From positions 1 through 43,912 of the IMG/VR virus record IMGVR_UViG_3300049486_000009: DNA of 43,912 bases. The stretch is one strand, 5' to 3'. Positions 33,648-42,434 of this stretch are shown piece by piece. The translations under genes and the position numbers were made by a program. How positions within the stretch are numbered: position 1 is the stretch's first letter; each line of letters begins with the position of its first letter. The stretch is from a virus. Its lineage: Duplodnaviria > Caudoviricetes. The notes under the pieces are model-generated. The model ran no database searches. It saw only the letters and a program-made list of their open reading frames with translations, and was not told where the DNA came from.

Positions 33648-34345
33648 TGCCTGTATCAGTCTCTACAAGTACGCTTCGTGATGTTTACAATACTGCGCTA
33701 CGCTTTATTGGTGAGCGTCCCTACGAGATAGACGACGACGAGAACAACACAAGAGCACTTGCTAGAGACGCAGTGCGCTCAGCATTACAGGTGTTTGAGA
33801 ACTCTCATGATTGGAGTTTTGCACGAAGAATGGTCACAGCTTCGTCATGGGTGGACGAGGTTGCTGTAGTGCAGAGGTTCACTAAATTGCATGGAGTTTA
33901 TGTGAACAACTCCGAATTTGACAAGATGACTCCCCTTACAGAAGTTTCTCTTGACAACATGAGAGCGCTGAAGAGAGTACCTTTGACGGGGGTCACTGGT
34001 ACTCTTTGCAGCATCTATGCACAACAAGATGCGGAGAGTGTCATCATCTCTCCGTACCCTACAGATGCACCAGGCAGAGCCAACTACTTTTTTGACATAT
34101 CTGCTGTCTTAAAGAGACCAGCGAATGACGCTGACACGTTTGATATCCCTGAAGAGTGGATATGGTTATTCATTAAGCAAGTATGCGTACAACTTGCATT
34201 AACTCATCTGAACGACCGGGAGACGATGACTCTGTTCTCAGCGTCTTACACGGATGAGTTGAATAAGAGCATATCACGAAATCAGATGACCGGACCTTAT
34301 CAAGGAAACCTATATAAGAACCGTTATGGTAGGAACTGGAGATAG
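33647..34345 (+). CDS. Tail tubular protein A (adaptor, T7 gp11-like)
   Basis: VYNTALRFIGERP and HDWSFAR motifs; size and position. Confidence 0.85.
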   Translation: MPVSVSTSTLRDVYNTALRFIGERPYEIDDDENNTRALARDAVRSALQVFENSHDWSFARRMVTASSWVDEVAVVQRFTKLHGVYVNNSEFDKMTPLTEVSLDNMRALKRVPLTGVTGTLCSIYAQQDAESVIISPYPTDAPGRANYFFDISAVLKRPANDADTFDIPEEWIWLFIKQVCVQLALTHLNDRETMTLFSASYTDELNKSISRNQMTGPYQGNLYKNRYGRNWR

Positions 34346-37300
34346 CACACCAAAGAACGTATTCGCGGATAACTTCGGTGGTCTAAACAGAACGTCTAGT
34401 CCGCTGAATTTGCCGTTTACAGACTCTCCTTATCTGCTTAACGTAGATGTGGACGTGTCTGGTAAGGTACGTAAGCGTAAAGGAACTCGGACGTTCTGGA
34501 CTGAGTTAGGCGACGACCGAGTGTCTATCTCTCAGTTGCAGTCTAACTTAGGGTACAGTTATTTAATTACTAAGTTAGTAGATGCTGTACGCATCTTCGA
34601 AGTAGCAAATGACGAAGCAGAGTTGATATGGAATGCGGATGACGTTTTCATCCCTCAGACAGGTGATGTAAATTTCGTCAACATCCCAGGAAAGAATGTG
34701 AGGGTGCTGATGCTGAACCGTAATCACTGCCCTATACAGATTACAACTCATGAAGAGCAAATTATTAATTCTGTTGGTGGCTCCACCATCGCGGTGCCTC
34801 AACTGTTCAGAGACTTGGGTGTGGCTGCCGTCTACCGCAATAGAGTTCCTCTGGACTTCACATACAGTGGTGGTGCCACTCTTACTATTCCTGGTAATTA
34901 TTCTGCTTTTGACACGATTGACATAATAACATTCTCATGGCAATGGTTAGCAGAGAGTTACTACTATTTTGGTGACAACTTCCACAGAAGCGTTACTCGT
35001 GCTGGTGCAACATTAGGAGACCAGAACGTAGAGATTCCTAAGACAATTAACAGCAATATTGAGAATGCGACAAACCCAGACGAGTACGGCATAGTTGCTT
35101 TTGTTAACAACCAGTACGATAACAGATACCTATACCGTGCAAACGGTAAACCTGCTAACGCATTTGAATACAGCTTTGGGGACGGAGCGACATATCAATA
35201 CTCCACGGTACAGTCTACCACTCCGTCTCCTTTCTTCGTAACATTTGGCAAGGAAGCCAAAGACGTAAAGATAAGCGTAAATAATGTCAACGTCAATGCT
35301 GGGCTGAACCAGATTGTCATCCAAGACCACGGTCTAGAGACGAACGACTTTGTTGAGTTCTACAATCAAGACGGGCTGTATCCGCCTCTCGTTGCTGGTG
35401 TCCCCTACGTAGTACGAAAGATTAACGACAATGTATTTGAGTTGTACACTGATGATACGTTCACTACGATTGTCAACTTTACGACACCTGCGACTGTAAC
35501 GTTCACAGATGCGGACATTGACACTACGCTGAACCGTCTTAACATCGCGCACCCATTCCCTGTTGGGTCTATTACTAGGGTTACATTTCAGAACCCTAAT
35601 TATCTGTTACCTGTCGGTGTTGCACCAGAGCAGAGTTACTACGTGTTTGCGTTGACTGCTTCTGTATTGGAAGTGTACTTCGATAGAGAAGCCACGAGAC
35701 GCGTTGACCTATTCAACCGTGTCGAGCGTCTTATATTTGACACTGGTGTTGCTGTTAATCCACAGAACATCATCACCATTAGTAACCACTTATTGTTTGC
35801 TAGAGACGCAGTACGTATATACCCGTACACTGGTTCTACATTGCCTAACCCTTTAGTGGCTGGGCAAGTCTATTATGTAGACCCTATCAGTCCTAACGGC
35901 ATACAGTTATTCAATGATGTAAACCTTACATCTCTGGTGGTCTTAACTACGACTGGTACAGGACAGTTCACGCTGCGGGTAGACGGTGGTACGATGCAGA
36001 TACGTCAAGAGTTCGGGCAGATGACTCTTGATAAGATAACATTCAGCAAGGTTGACTTCGTGCGTCTTAGACCACTGGAGTTCAACGGTGATGTTGGTGT
36101 TCGCGGTCTTGACTTGTACGTTACTGTGAACAACGTACTGGTGCCACAGAATACTACTAACGTTGGTGTCGCACCACAGTGGCGTTACCAGTTGTTTACG
36201 AATACTGGTTATAATATTATTCTTAATAACACTACTGTAGCAAATAGAATAGGCTTTACTGGGTCTAATGAGATAGGCGTACCACAAAATGCGGTTATTA
36301 AGGTCACTAATAGAACACCACGCTGGGTAGGGTCTAATGCTAAGAATACACCGTTCAATAACGACAATGGCGGATGGTACCCCATATATGGAATCGCTAA
36401 GTACTGTGATTACAACAAGGGTGAGTTCTTCTCCGTTGGGACGATCTTCCAATCCAGACTTGTCCTCGGTGGTCTCAAGAGAACTCCTCAACAAGTTCTA
36501 TTCAGCTCAAAAGCTGCATTATCCGAGGAAGACTTCTACCTCTTCTTCCAGATTGCGGAAGATAACGTAACTCCTGCGTTAGACCCGTTTGACATAATCA
36601 TCCCTGAACAGAACAACTACTCTATTCAGTTCCTTACTGAATGGCAGAGAGCATTGTATGTGTTCACTGACAACTCCGTGTTTCGTACGTTCTCTACAGA
36701 AGGTAACGTAACTATAGACAACAGAGTAGTGGGCAAGGTGTCTGAGAAAGGCGCTGTGAATCCACGGTGTGTCACTATTACAGAATCCAGCATTCTGTTC
36801 GTGTCTGACAATGGAGTGTACGACCTCGCTCCTATTTTAGAGAATGAGTATAGAGCGGCAGAGGTATCTGTAAAGATTCGACCATTCTTTGGGACGGTCG
36901 CAGTTGAGAAGTATAAGCATCTACCATGGATTGGATTCGACGACACGAACTTCAGAGTGTTCGTCGGTCTACCTACAGAAGAGGATACTGACGAAAGCAG
37001 CATACTGCTGGTGTACGACTCTGTGCAGAAGAGTTGGACAGAGTATGCCGCATTCTATAAGTTCAAGTCGTTCGTAGGTATGTCTTATATAGACACGGTA
37101 CTGGGTAAGCTGTTCATGATTGCCCATAGGCTACCGTGCTATATTGCATTCACAAGGTTCAATTATATTAAGTACATGGACTTTGTTCAGAAGAACGCGG
37201 AAGGCTCGACAACGATTCCTTCTGTTCCGGTCTTCTGGAGAGGGGTAACGTTCAACGGTGTCACTGAGTACCAGCCCGATGTCACGATGCTGTTTATCAG

Positions 37301-38063
37301 AAACGTGCAAGACATACGTGTGTATTCTGGTGCGACTGCTGCAACTTTAACAGAGCGGACTTACAGGACAGAATGGCGCAAGACGAACCACGGTACTATA
37401 GAGTTCCTGTCTAACCCAGGTAATGGCATCATAGTCGTAACGCCGAATGTGCCAGACTCATTCTACGGTAACGTACTTCAGATTGATAACATTGTCGAAG
37501 CTCTGAGTGACACGTCATTCGGTAGCATCAACTTCGATGACCCGTGTCTATGCAGATTCGGTACTGTAGGTTACGGTGGCGGAGACATTACGTTTGAACC
37601 GTGCGAGTTCAACTTACAACCAGGTGCAGTTGGAGAAGTGGGATATGTCTACCATGCTGTATATACGTCACCTGTCTTCACAGTAGACACACTCGCTAGG
37701 TACAAGCGCACGAAGCACCTGAACGTAATGTTCGAGAACGTGCGTAATAGATACAAAGCAGAAGATGTCAATCTCGTAACTCAGACGTACAGTGACTTGG
37801 TGAACCGTCTTGAGAATGACTTAGAGACCAACGTAGCTATGGTGTTCCAGACGGATACCAAAGCTGAGTACGCTGAGGAAATTTACTCTAGGATTAACGT
37901 TAAGAAGTTAGACTCATGGTCGGTCTTCAAGGAGCCGCTTAAGGGTGTAGGGTATTCGTACCAGTTTGTAGTGTACAGCTTAGATGTGAACACATGGGTT
38001 ATGTCAGGGTATCAGATAACTGGTAAACTTGTAGGTGAGCGTCATATTTCAGGAGACAGGTAA
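34326..38063 (+). CDS. Tail tubular protein B (nozzle, T7 gp12-like) with inserted repeat domains
   Basis: NFGGLN.TSSPLN.PF.DSP.LLNVDVDVSG.V.KRKGT N-terminus; FQSRLVLGG and LFVSDNGVY propeller motifs. Confidence 0.9.
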   Translation: MVGTGDSTPKNVFADNFGGLNRTSSPLNLPFTDSPYLLNVDVDVSGKVRKRKGTRTFWTELGDDRVSISQLQSNLGYSYLITKLVDAVRIFEVANDEAELIWNADDVFIPQTGDVNFVNIPGKNVRVLMLNRNHCPIQITTHEEQIINSVGGSTIAVPQLFRDLGVAAVYRNRVPLDFTYSGGATLTIPGNYSAFDTIDIITFSWQWLAESYYYFGDNFHRSVTRAGATLGDQNVEIPKTINSNIENATNPDEYGIVAFVNNQYDNRYLYRANGKPANAFEYSFGDGATYQYSTVQSTTPSPFFVTFGKEAKDVKISVNNVNVNAGLNQIVIQDHGLETNDFVEFYNQDGLYPPLVAGVPYVVRKINDNVFELYTDDTFTTIVNFTTPATVTFTDADIDTTLNRLNIAHPFPVGSITRVTFQNPNYLLPVGVAPEQSYYVFALTASVLEVYFDREATRRVDLFNRVERLIFDTGVAVNPQNIITISNHLLFARDAVRIYPYTGSTLPNPLVAGQVYYVDPISPNGIQLFNDVNLTSLVVLTTTGTGQFTLRVDGGTMQIRQEFGQMTLDKITFSKVDFVRLRPLEFNGDVGVRGLDLYVTVNNVLVPQNTTNVGVAPQWRYQLFTNTGYNIILNNTTVANRIGFTGSNEIGVPQNAVIKVTNRTPRWVGSNAKNTPFNNDNGGWYPIYGIAKYCDYNKGEFFSVGTIFQSRLVLGGLKRTPQQVLFSSKAALSEEDFYLFFQIAEDNVTPALDPFDIIIPEQNNYSIQFLTEWQRALYVFTDNSVFRTFSTEGNVTIDNRVVGKVSEKGAVNPRCVTITESSILFVSDNGVYDLAPILENEYRAAEVSVKIRPFFGTVAVEKYKHLPWIGFDDTNFRVFVGLPTEEDTDESSILLVYDSVQKSWTEYAAFYKFKSFVGMSYIDTVLGKLFMIAHRLPCYIAFTRFNYIKYMDFVQKNAEGSTTIPSVPVFWRGVTFNGVTEYQPDVTMLFIRNVQDIRVYSGATAATLTERTYRTEWRKTNHGTIEFLSNPGNGIIVVTPNVPDSFYGNVLQIDNIVEALSDTSFGSINFDDPCLCRFGTVGYGGGDITFEPCEFNLQPGAVGEVGYVYHAVYTSPVFTVDTLARYKRTKHLNVMFENVRNRYKAEDVNLVTQTYSDLVNRLENDLETNVAMVFQTDTKAEYAEEIYSRINVKKLDSWSVFKEPLKGVGYSYQFVVYSLDVNTWVMSGYQITGKLVGERHISGDR

Positions 38064-39232
38064 TGGCAGCAGCATTTCCAGTAATAAGTGCAGGTGTCGG
38101 TATTGCTGGTGGTATCGTAGGAATGTTTGAGAGACGCGCTGAGGAGCGTCGTCAAGAACAGCTTGTAATGGCACAGTTGAATGCTAATCAGCGCGCACAA
38201 GAGATGCAGTACTCTGCTATTATGCAGGGTCAGCAGTTGCAAGCTCAGCAATATATGCAAGAGAATGCGATGCGGTTACAGCAGTTCAACCAGGCTGTAT
38301 TCCAGCATCAGACTGCTGCAATGCAGAATGAGGGACAGTATGCTAACACTACGTCTCAACTAGGCACCGCATTGACAGGAGCGCAAAATGAGTTCTTGGC
38401 AGGCAACAGCCAAGCTGTATCTAGAGAGGCGCAGTACAATACTGCTGCTAATCAGTCTAGGTTCCAAGGATACCAAGACTCGATGGCTGTTGACCAACAG
38501 ACGATGGAGATGTATCAAGCGCTGCAAGAAGCAATGACCCGCGGTGATAGTGAGTTCGCTAACTTTCTGTCTCGTACACTAGCAAATGAGACCGGACCAC
38601 AGGTTAGTGACTCTACAGTTGCTAGAGCGCGTCAGCAAGACCAGCAGGAGTACGGTCGTCTCTTACAGACGCTCACCAACGCAGAGGCAATGGACGAAGC
38701 TCAGATGCAGCAACTTCTGTTGTCTGAAGAGTTTGCTAATTTATTAGAGGATATAGGTGTATTTGAAGGTAACCAAATTAGACAAAAGTATAACTATGCT
38801 ATTGGTACTCTTGCTAATGACATTAACACTAAGCAAGCTGTCAACGAGTGGAACTACAGGACTATTGCAGAAGCAATCAGAGACAGCCTGGAGATGCAGC
38901 CCATTAATGCACAGATAGACCAGCTTCAAGGTAACATGAACTTTGCTGCTAAGAACTCTGAGTTAATAGGGCAAGCAGGTGGCATCGCTGCTCGTGGTCT
39001 AGGGGAACAAGCACAGTTGCTGCGGTCTTTACCACCACGACAGAGTTTGCTAGGTGGCATTTTGAACACAGTTTCTGCTGCTGCACCGCTGGCTAGTCTC
39101 TTCATGAATTCCCCATCATCAGGGTTCATCTCTCGTAGGTCGTCTTATCAGGAACCTTTGAATCTCGACCTATCAAGGAGCGTCTACTCGTCTTACCCAC
39201 TGAACATTGACTTAGCGAGACCTTTATACTGA
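38063..39232 (+). CDS. Internal virion protein (gp14-like, Gln-rich)
   Basis: Gly/Ala hydrophobic N-terminus (AAAFPVISAGVGIAGGIVG) and long Q/A-rich helices, after the nozzle gene. Confidence 0.7.
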   Translation: MAAAFPVISAGVGIAGGIVGMFERRAEERRQEQLVMAQLNANQRAQEMQYSAIMQGQQLQAQQYMQENAMRLQQFNQAVFQHQTAAMQNEGQYANTTSQLGTALTGAQNEFLAGNSQAVSREAQYNTAANQSRFQGYQDSMAVDQQTMEMYQALQEAMTRGDSEFANFLSRTLANETGPQVSDSTVARARQQDQQEYGRLLQTLTNAEAMDEAQMQQLLLSEEFANLLEDIGVFEGNQIRQKYNYAIGTLANDINTKQAVNEWNYRTIAEAIRDSLEMQPINAQIDQLQGNMNFAAKNSELIGQAGGIAARGLGEQAQLLRSLPPRQSLLGGILNTVSAAAPLASLFMNSPSSGFISRRSSYQEPLNLDLSRSVYSSYPLNIDLARPLY

Positions 39233-42200
39233 TGAGATTCCTAGGAACCGACATACCAGACATTGAAGCAATGAGCGCTGAGTACCAAGGCGCTCAAGCT
39301 CAATTGCAACCAGCATTCGACATCTCTAACAAGGCAAACGCTGACGTACAAGAAACGTTTCAGCGCATACGTAAAGACCAAGAGGCAAACACGCAGCGCT
39401 TCATTCAGTCTCAGATGCAGATTGGTGAAGCCACAAAAGCGTACGCTGTCTTAGACCAAGCTCAGCGTGAGTCCTCACAGTCAGGGTTCAACAACCTACT
39501 CGGAGCAGTACAAGGCGTTGCACAGACTTATTTACGTTTCAAAGACCAGCAGGCTCAGGCTGAAGCTGCTCGTCTTAAAGCAGACCAAGAGGCAGAGGAC
39601 AGGCAGATTAAACTCACTAAGTTTCAGTGGGAAGCCGAAGACAGGGAACGTAAGCAGATGGCTGCGCTGGCTTGGCTTTCTGCTAACGAAGAGAGTGAGA
39701 AGTTTCTTAACCTCGCACCTGAAATAATTCGCGGCGACGGTGGTCCGGTCTTATACGAACGGATGCGTACGCAGCTTCTACAGCAGTACATACCGTACCT
39801 CGAACCAGAGCAAGGTGTAGAACTCATTCGCAGGCTTCAAGCTCCTGTACGCACTGAACGTGACAGGCAGTTTGATGCCCAGCAGAAGATGTTCGAGAAA
39901 GAGTCCGCAGCAATGACTAACAAGTCGCTGCAAGAAGGACTTTTCATGCTGAACGCAAAAGCAGGAATGTTCATCAAGTACGCTGGGTCTCCTGAGGACG
40001 TGCAGAAGCATACTCAGGAGTACCTGACGATGATGCAAGACTACGCATCAAAGATGAATCCCACGGACGCCGCAAACTTTATCGCTCAAGCGTATCAGGA
40101 ACTAGGTAAGACCGTAGACCTCGGACAAGGACAGTTCTTAGAGCTTAATAAATCCTTAAGTAACTTTAGAGAGTTCACTCAGGCAGCAGCACAGGAATCT
40201 GCTCGTCTCAGACAAAGTGGACCGTCTTACTTACCACAGTACCGCGCTAACCTAGCGTACCTGCGTAAACGGTACGGCATTACTGATATGGCTGGGTTTG
40301 ACGACCCATACGAAGCTGATAAAGTAATGGCAGACTTGCAGGACAGACAGAGCAAGTTTGACGCTGCTTTTGAGCGGCAGGAACTTCGTGCCGTTGAGCG
40401 TACGAATGTCACATACGACGAGGTAGTCGCACTAGGGTACACGTTCTATGCGGACCCACGGCAACGTGTGGTCTTTGAGAAGTACCTACGCAACCCTAAG
40501 ATTAAGTCTGCTATTACTCTAGCAGAGTCGATGGAGAAGTACGACAAGCTGGTCAATGAGAACCGTGATAAGAAGATACGGTTCAGAGAAGAGCTTGCAC
40601 GGTTAGACGCCTCCGACCTTAAGCAGTGGTTGTCCTGGGTGGCGTCTGACGCAGGTGATGACCTTATCAAAGAGTTAGGTATCAAGTCTCGTCTTAACGT
40701 ACAGATTGAAGACATTCTTAAGTCATCAGCAGCGGCAACTGCTAAAGATAAAGAGTGGCTCAACAAAGCACAAGTTACGCTGTCTGGACGAGGTGAACTG
40801 GACTTAGTTAATTTAGCAACTGCTGATACTGCTGGTGGCATCCGTTCTTCATCCTCTGTGACACCTGAAGAGATTCAGGCAATCCGCAGCAAAGTGATGC
40901 AGGTCAACACCGCTATTAAGCAGGAGATACAGAAACGCTCAGACCTTATTGATAGAGACCCAGAGTTTCTGCGTCTCCAAGCTCAGCTTGCGTCTTATAA
41001 GCTGCTAGACCCGAAGCAGAGAGCAGCACAGGCAAAGGTGGCATCTGGTAGAGTACAGCAAGTGCTTACCAGAATTAATCAGACTCTGGAGCAGCAGCAA
41101 GCTCGGTCTAAAGCAAACCCGATGCCACAACAGAGACCCGGAGGTGTCTCACCAGAGTACCCTTTTAAGCTGCCTCAGCTTGAGTTGCAGACTATTAGAG
41201 GTAACAAGATTATCACACCATTCAAACCTGGCACTCGTGGTGTGGTGTCTTCAGATTATAAAGACCCACGACCAGGGAGGTTACATGCTGGGATTGACAT
41301 TGCTGTACCTATTGGTACTCCTCTTATCTTTTACGACCACGGAGTGGTAGACTACGTAGGTAACGTCAGTGGTTATGGTAAGATGGTTGACATTAAGACA
41401 CCTGACGGTAAGATTCACAGATTCGCGCACCTCGACTCGTACAAGGTAAAGAAAGGTGACAAGGTGACACCTGGGTCATTCTTCGCGCGTAGTGGTAATA
41501 CAGATGGTGGAACTGGTATTTCAACTGGTCCACATTTACATTGGGAAGTACGTAACAGCCCTCACGGTGGCTTTGAGTCATCTGTTGACATCGTGAAGCA
41601 CATGGTACAGTACCGCAATGGTAGTGGTCGTATGGTGCGTAACTCACAGAAGCAGCCTACACACGTACCTCTTGACTCAGTGCGCGGCAGTGCTGGGTCT
41701 TACATAAGAACTGGTAAAGTACACACCGCTGACGGCAATATGTACAACGTGCGTTACTCATTAGGCGCACCGTTTAAGCAGGATTACATGTCCCCCTACA
41801 TAGGAGACTACCGCAGAGCCAACAAAGCAACTGCTAACTACGGGTACAAGCAGCTTGCAGACGACCCAGCATTCGCTAAGAAGATTGCACAGGTAGCGTC
41901 TAAGATAGGTATACCTGCTGTATGGCTGGTAGACATTATGGCGCATGAATCAGCAGGTTTCCAGACAGCAATAAGTAATGACAAAACAATGGCAACTGGT
42001 CTCATACAGTTTATGCCTGAGACAGCAGCCTCGTTAGGAACGTCAGTTGCTGCTCTTAAGAACATGGATAAACTGCGACAGTTAGATTACGTAGAGAAGT
42101 ACTTCAGAGTGAACGGATTTTCTAAACGTATGAAGAACATATATGCTGTCCTTCAGGCGATATGGAATGGCTCTATAGACCGTGCTAACAGACTTGACCC

Positions 42201-42432
42201 GTCTCTTATTAGTTTACATGACCAGACTGTTATAACAGACCCAGAGACAGGTGAACGTCGTTACTTTAACTTTGGTGACTACGTTAAGAGATTGGGCAGA
42301 GATGTCGGACGAAAGTACAAACCGTATGGAAGAAAAGGCACGGCTATACACGTTGGTTACAGAAGCGGATGTCCTACGTGTCAGAGCATCCAGAGGTCTG
42401 GAGAAGCATTTTTCCCTCATGAAGCAGGTTAA
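39232..42432 (+). CDS. Internal virion protein with M23 peptidase and lysozyme/SLT-like domains
   Basis: M23 motifs HAGID, RFAHL, STGPHLHWEVR; transglycosylase motifs IMAHESAG and ATGLIQFMPETA. Confidence 0.88.
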   Translation: MRFLGTDIPDIEAMSAEYQGAQAQLQPAFDISNKANADVQETFQRIRKDQEANTQRFIQSQMQIGEATKAYAVLDQAQRESSQSGFNNLLGAVQGVAQTYLRFKDQQAQAEAARLKADQEAEDRQIKLTKFQWEAEDRERKQMAALAWLSANEESEKFLNLAPEIIRGDGGPVLYERMRTQLLQQYIPYLEPEQGVELIRRLQAPVRTERDRQFDAQQKMFEKESAAMTNKSLQEGLFMLNAKAGMFIKYAGSPEDVQKHTQEYLTMMQDYASKMNPTDAANFIAQAYQELGKTVDLGQGQFLELNKSLSNFREFTQAAAQESARLRQSGPSYLPQYRANLAYLRKRYGITDMAGFDDPYEADKVMADLQDRQSKFDAAFERQELRAVERTNVTYDEVVALGYTFYADPRQRVVFEKYLRNPKIKSAITLAESMEKYDKLVNENRDKKIRFREELARLDASDLKQWLSWVASDAGDDLIKELGIKSRLNVQIEDILKSSAAATAKDKEWLNKAQVTLSGRGELDLVNLATADTAGGIRSSSSVTPEEIQAIRSKVMQVNTAIKQEIQKRSDLIDRDPEFLRLQAQLASYKLLDPKQRAAQAKVASGRVQQVLTRINQTLEQQQARSKANPMPQQRPGGVSPEYPFKLPQLELQTIRGNKIITPFKPGTRGVVSSDYKDPRPGRLHAGIDIAVPIGTPLIFYDHGVVDYVGNVSGYGKMVDIKTPDGKIHRFAHLDSYKVKKGDKVTPGSFFARSGNTDGGTGISTGPHLHWEVRNSPHGGFESSVDIVKHMVQYRNGSGRMVRNSQKQPTHVPLDSVRGSAGSYIRTGKVHTADGNMYNVRYSLGAPFKQDYMSPYIGDYRRANKATANYGYKQLADDPAFAKKIAQVASKIGIPAVWLVDIMAHESAGFQTAISNDKTMATGLIQFMPETAASLGTSVAALKNMDKLRQLDYVEKYFRVNGFSKRMKNIYAVLQAIWNGSIDRANRLDPSLISLHDQTVITDPETGERRYFNFGDYVKRLGRDVGRKYKPYGRKGTAIHVGYRSGCPTCQSIQRSGEAFFPHEAG

Positions 42433-42434
42433 CG

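Noticed and set aside
35943-37003. Long minus-strand ORFs inside the tail nozzle and other structural genes
   Set aside because: Fully overlapped antisense frames without RBS or recognisable motifs.
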